Shown here: in pieces, positions 5,610-7,047 of the stretch
Layout of the letters: each line of letters opens with the position of its first letter
How positions within the stretch are numbered: the stretch's first letter is position 1
Source of the DNA: a plasmid
NCBI RefSeq assembly: GCF_053078305.1
Contig: NZ_CP166877.1
DNA length: 7,047 nucleotides
Reading direction: 5' to 3' (one strand)
Translations under genes and position numbers: made by a program
The notes under the pieces: model-generated
The model's input: only the letters and a program-made list of their open reading frames with translations
What the model was told of the DNA's origin: nothing
Databases searched by the model: none

Positions 5610-6039
5610 GAACTCTGTTACCAACTTATAAATCTCGCTCTGCTAACCCGGTTACCAATGGCTGCTGCCAGTGGCGTTAAGTCGTGTCTTTTCCGGGTTG
5701 GACCCAAGAGAACAGTTACCGGAGAAGGCGCAGCAGTCGGGCTGAACGGGGGGTTCCTGCATACAGCCCGGCCCGGAGCGAACTGCCTAAGTCGCCCCGA
5801 GATACCAGAAGACGTGAGCTATGAGAAAGCGCCACGTGTCCCGCAAGGGAGAAAGGCGGAAAAGGTATCCGGTAATCGATATGGCGGGAACGTGGGGGCG
5901 CAGGAGGGAGCGATTCACCGGAAACGGTGATGATCTTTAAGCCACGTCGGGTTTCGCCACCGCTGGCGGATTTCATGGTTGAGCCGTAAGGCTCCCACAG
6001 ATGCACCGAAAAAGTGTCTGTTTTGTGAAGTCCGTCAGG

Positions 6040-6100
6040 GGGGCGGAGCCTATGGAAAAAGCGCCTCCGGCGCGGCCTTTTCCGGGGTTTTTGTTTTTTG
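6040..6100 (+). other. oriV: RNAII/DNA transition region of the ColE1-type origin
   Basis: GGGGGGCGGAGCCTATGGAAAAAGCGCC...GGCCTTTTCCGG is homologous to the pMB1 region containing the RNase H processing and DNA-synthesis start site. The exact switch point is not determinable from sequence alone. Confidence 0.5.
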
Positions 6101-6249
6101 CGCACATGTTCTTTCCCGGGTTATCCCCGGATTCTGTGGATAACGGGGTCACCGCCTTTGAGAAAGGAGAGTCCGCTCGCCGCAGCCGAACGACCGAGCG
6201 CAGCGAGTCAGTGAGCGAGGAAGCGGAAGAGCACCGGAAGCGGCATTTT

Positions 6250-6420
6250 CTCCTTACGCATCTGTGCGGCATTTCACACCCGACATGGCGCATTTTTCAT
6301 ACTATCTACACTGATGCCACATGATTAAGCCAGTATACACTCCGCTATCGCTACGTGACTGGGTCATGGCTGCGCCCCGACACCCGCTAAAACCCGCTGA
6401 CGCGCCCTGACGGGCTTGTC
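6250..6420 (-). other. oriT / bom region with a conserved ColE1-type nick site (minus strand CTGG|CTTA; nick between 6330 and 6329)
   Basis: TAAGCCAGTATACACTCCGCTATCGCTACGTGACTGGGTCATGGCTGCGCCCCGACACCCGC...GACGGGCTTGTCTGCTCCCGGCATCCG is near-identical to the pBR322 bom segment as recalled. The nick position is placed by homology to the ColE1 nic site as I remember it. Confidence 0.6.
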
Positions 6421-6475
6421 TGCTCCCGGCATCCGGTCACAGGCAAGCTGTGACCGTCTCCGGGAGCTGCATGTG

Positions 6476-6667
6476 TCAGAGGTTTTCACCGTCATCCCCG
6501 AAGCGTGCGAGGCAGCTGCGGTAAAGCTCGTCGGCGTGGTCGTGAAGCGCTTCGCAGATGTCAGCCTGGTCGTCGGCGTCCAGTTCATTCAGTTTTTCCA
6601 GCAGGGTCAGCGTCTGGCTTCTGATGAAGCGGGCCATGTTAAGGGCGGTTTTTTCCTGTTTAGTCAC
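6476..6667 (-). CDS. rop: Rop/Rom (RNA one modulator; RNAI-RNAII kissing-complex stabiliser)
   Basis: 63 codons ending ...TKQEKTALNMARFIRSQTLTLLEKLNELDADDQADICEALHDHADELYRSCLARFGDDGENL, near-identical to ColE1/pBR322 Rop. The start appears to be GTG (RC of 6665-6667) at the position of the ATG in pBR322. The ORF-track entry 6476..6907 is an artefactual N-terminal extension. Confidence 0.9.
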   Translation of the reverse strand: MTKQEKTALNMARFIRSQTLTLLEKLNELDADDQADICEALHDHADELYRSCLARFGDDGENL

Positions 6668-6710
6668 AGTTCTGTTTCTCCATGTGTGGGGAGTCTGTCG
6701 GAGGTTTTTA

Positions 6711-7047
6711 ATGATACCGGTGAAACGCGAAAGAATGCTCACGATACGGGTCACGGATGAGGAACATGCGCGGCTGCTGGCACGTTGTGAGGGAAAACAA
6801 CTTGCGTCATGGATGCGTAAGGTCTGCCTGGGGGCACCGCCATCGAAAACGTCAGGCCTTCCGACACTGGCACCGCCGCTGTTGCGCCAGTTCGCTTCGG
6901 TCGGCAATAACCTGAATCAGATAGCCCGGAAGATAAACAGCGGACAGTGGTCGGGGCATGACCGGGTTCATGTGGTGGCTGCACTGATGGCCATCGGGCG
7001 TGAACTGAGTGAGCTGAGGGATGAGGTCCGTAAACAGGGAGAACGGG
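6711..7047 (+). CDS. mbeC: Mobilization protein MbeC (oriT-binding accessory protein), 3'-truncated by the window end
   Basis: Manual translation from ATG 6711 (GGAGG 6700-6704, 6-nt spacer) gives MIPVKRERMLTIRVTDEEHARLLARCEGKQLASWMRKVCLGAPPSKTSGLPTLAPPLLRQFASVGNNLNQIARKINSGQWSGHDRVHVVAALMAIGRELSELRDEVRKQGER... with no stop before the window end. It resembles ColE1 MbeC as recalled (..LAPPLLRQ...GNNLNQ.ARK.NSGQW...). An alternative start is ATG 6735 (MLTIRV...). Confidence 0.8.
   Translation, partial: MIPVKRERMLTIRVTDEEHARLLARCEGKQLASWMRKVCLGAPPSKTSGLPTLAPPLLRQFASVGNNLNQIARKINSGQWSGHDRVHVVAALMAIGRELSELRDEVRKQGER

Larger units (their letters stand above)
5462..6080 (+). ncRNA. RNAII pre-primer of a ColE1-type replicon (3' end / RNA-DNA switch approximate)
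   Basis: Extended collinear similarity to the pMB1/ColE1 origin as recalled: TGGCTGCTGCCAGTGGCG..GGGTTGGAC..GCTGAACGGGGGGTTC..GAGCTATGAGAAAGCGCCAC..GGGTTTCGCCACC..GTCAGGGGGGCGGAGCCTATGGAAAAA. Start placed by homology to the pMB1 RNAII +1. The 3' end is placed at the ori region by homology only. Confidence 0.75.

Noticed and set aside
5658-6324. ORFs 5658..5930 (+), 5716..6105 (-), 5973..6293 (-) and 6001..6324 (+)
   Set aside because: All lie within the RNAII primer and origin region, which is conserved at the nucleotide level with ColE1/pMB1 as a non-coding replicon. The translations are Arg/Gly/Pro-rich, typical of spurious ORFs in GC-rich non-coding DNA.
6364-6984. ORFs 6364..6588 (-), 6416..6760 (+), 6751..6984 (-) and the N-terminal extension of 6476..6907 (-)
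   Set aside because: They are antisense to or extend rop and mbeC, or lie in oriT. Only the 63-codon rop portion (6476..6667) and the + strand mbeC frame are supported by homology; the extension upstream of the rop GTG overlaps mbeC on the opposite strand.
1-7047. Search for CRISPR arrays, tRNA or rRNA genes, IS elements or transposon ends
   Set aside because: I found no direct-repeat/spacer periodicity, no tRNA-like cloverleaf candidates, and no terminal inverted repeats flanking a transposase-like ORF. The window is fully explained by a small ColE1-type plasmid.

Overview
This window reads as a near-complete small ColE1-family mobilizable colicin plasmid, linearised at the mbeA start codon. 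All calls rest on reading the sequence and ORF track against remembered ColE1/pBR322 and colicin sequences; no searches were run. From left to right: (1) the mobilization region, with relaxase mbeA and mbeB/mbeD nested in its +2 frame; (2) a cer-type XerCD multimer-resolution site whose 30-bp core matches the ColE1 cer core as I recall it; (3) a ~1.1 kb block of three small, poorly characterised genes (an outer-membrane-type lipoprotein, a signal-peptide coiled-coil protein, and a small basic protein); (4) an SOS-regulated pore-forming colicin operon of the E1/K/5/10 family, most consistent with colicin K (548-aa colicin, convergent 96-aa immunity gene, 43-aa lysis lipoprotein); (5) a ColE1-type replicon (RNAII primer on +, antisense RNAI on -) whose RNAI stem-loops differ clearly from pMB1/ColE1; (6) the oriT/bom nick region, rop on the minus strand, and the 5' part of mbeC running off the window end. 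The only part I cannot assign is the three-gene block at 1973-3104; it may correspond to the exc1/exc2 ORFs of ColE1-type plasmids rather than to anything new, so I do not claim a novel system. Most other ORFs in the six-frame track are shadow or antisense ORFs inside real genes or inside the RNAII/oriT region.
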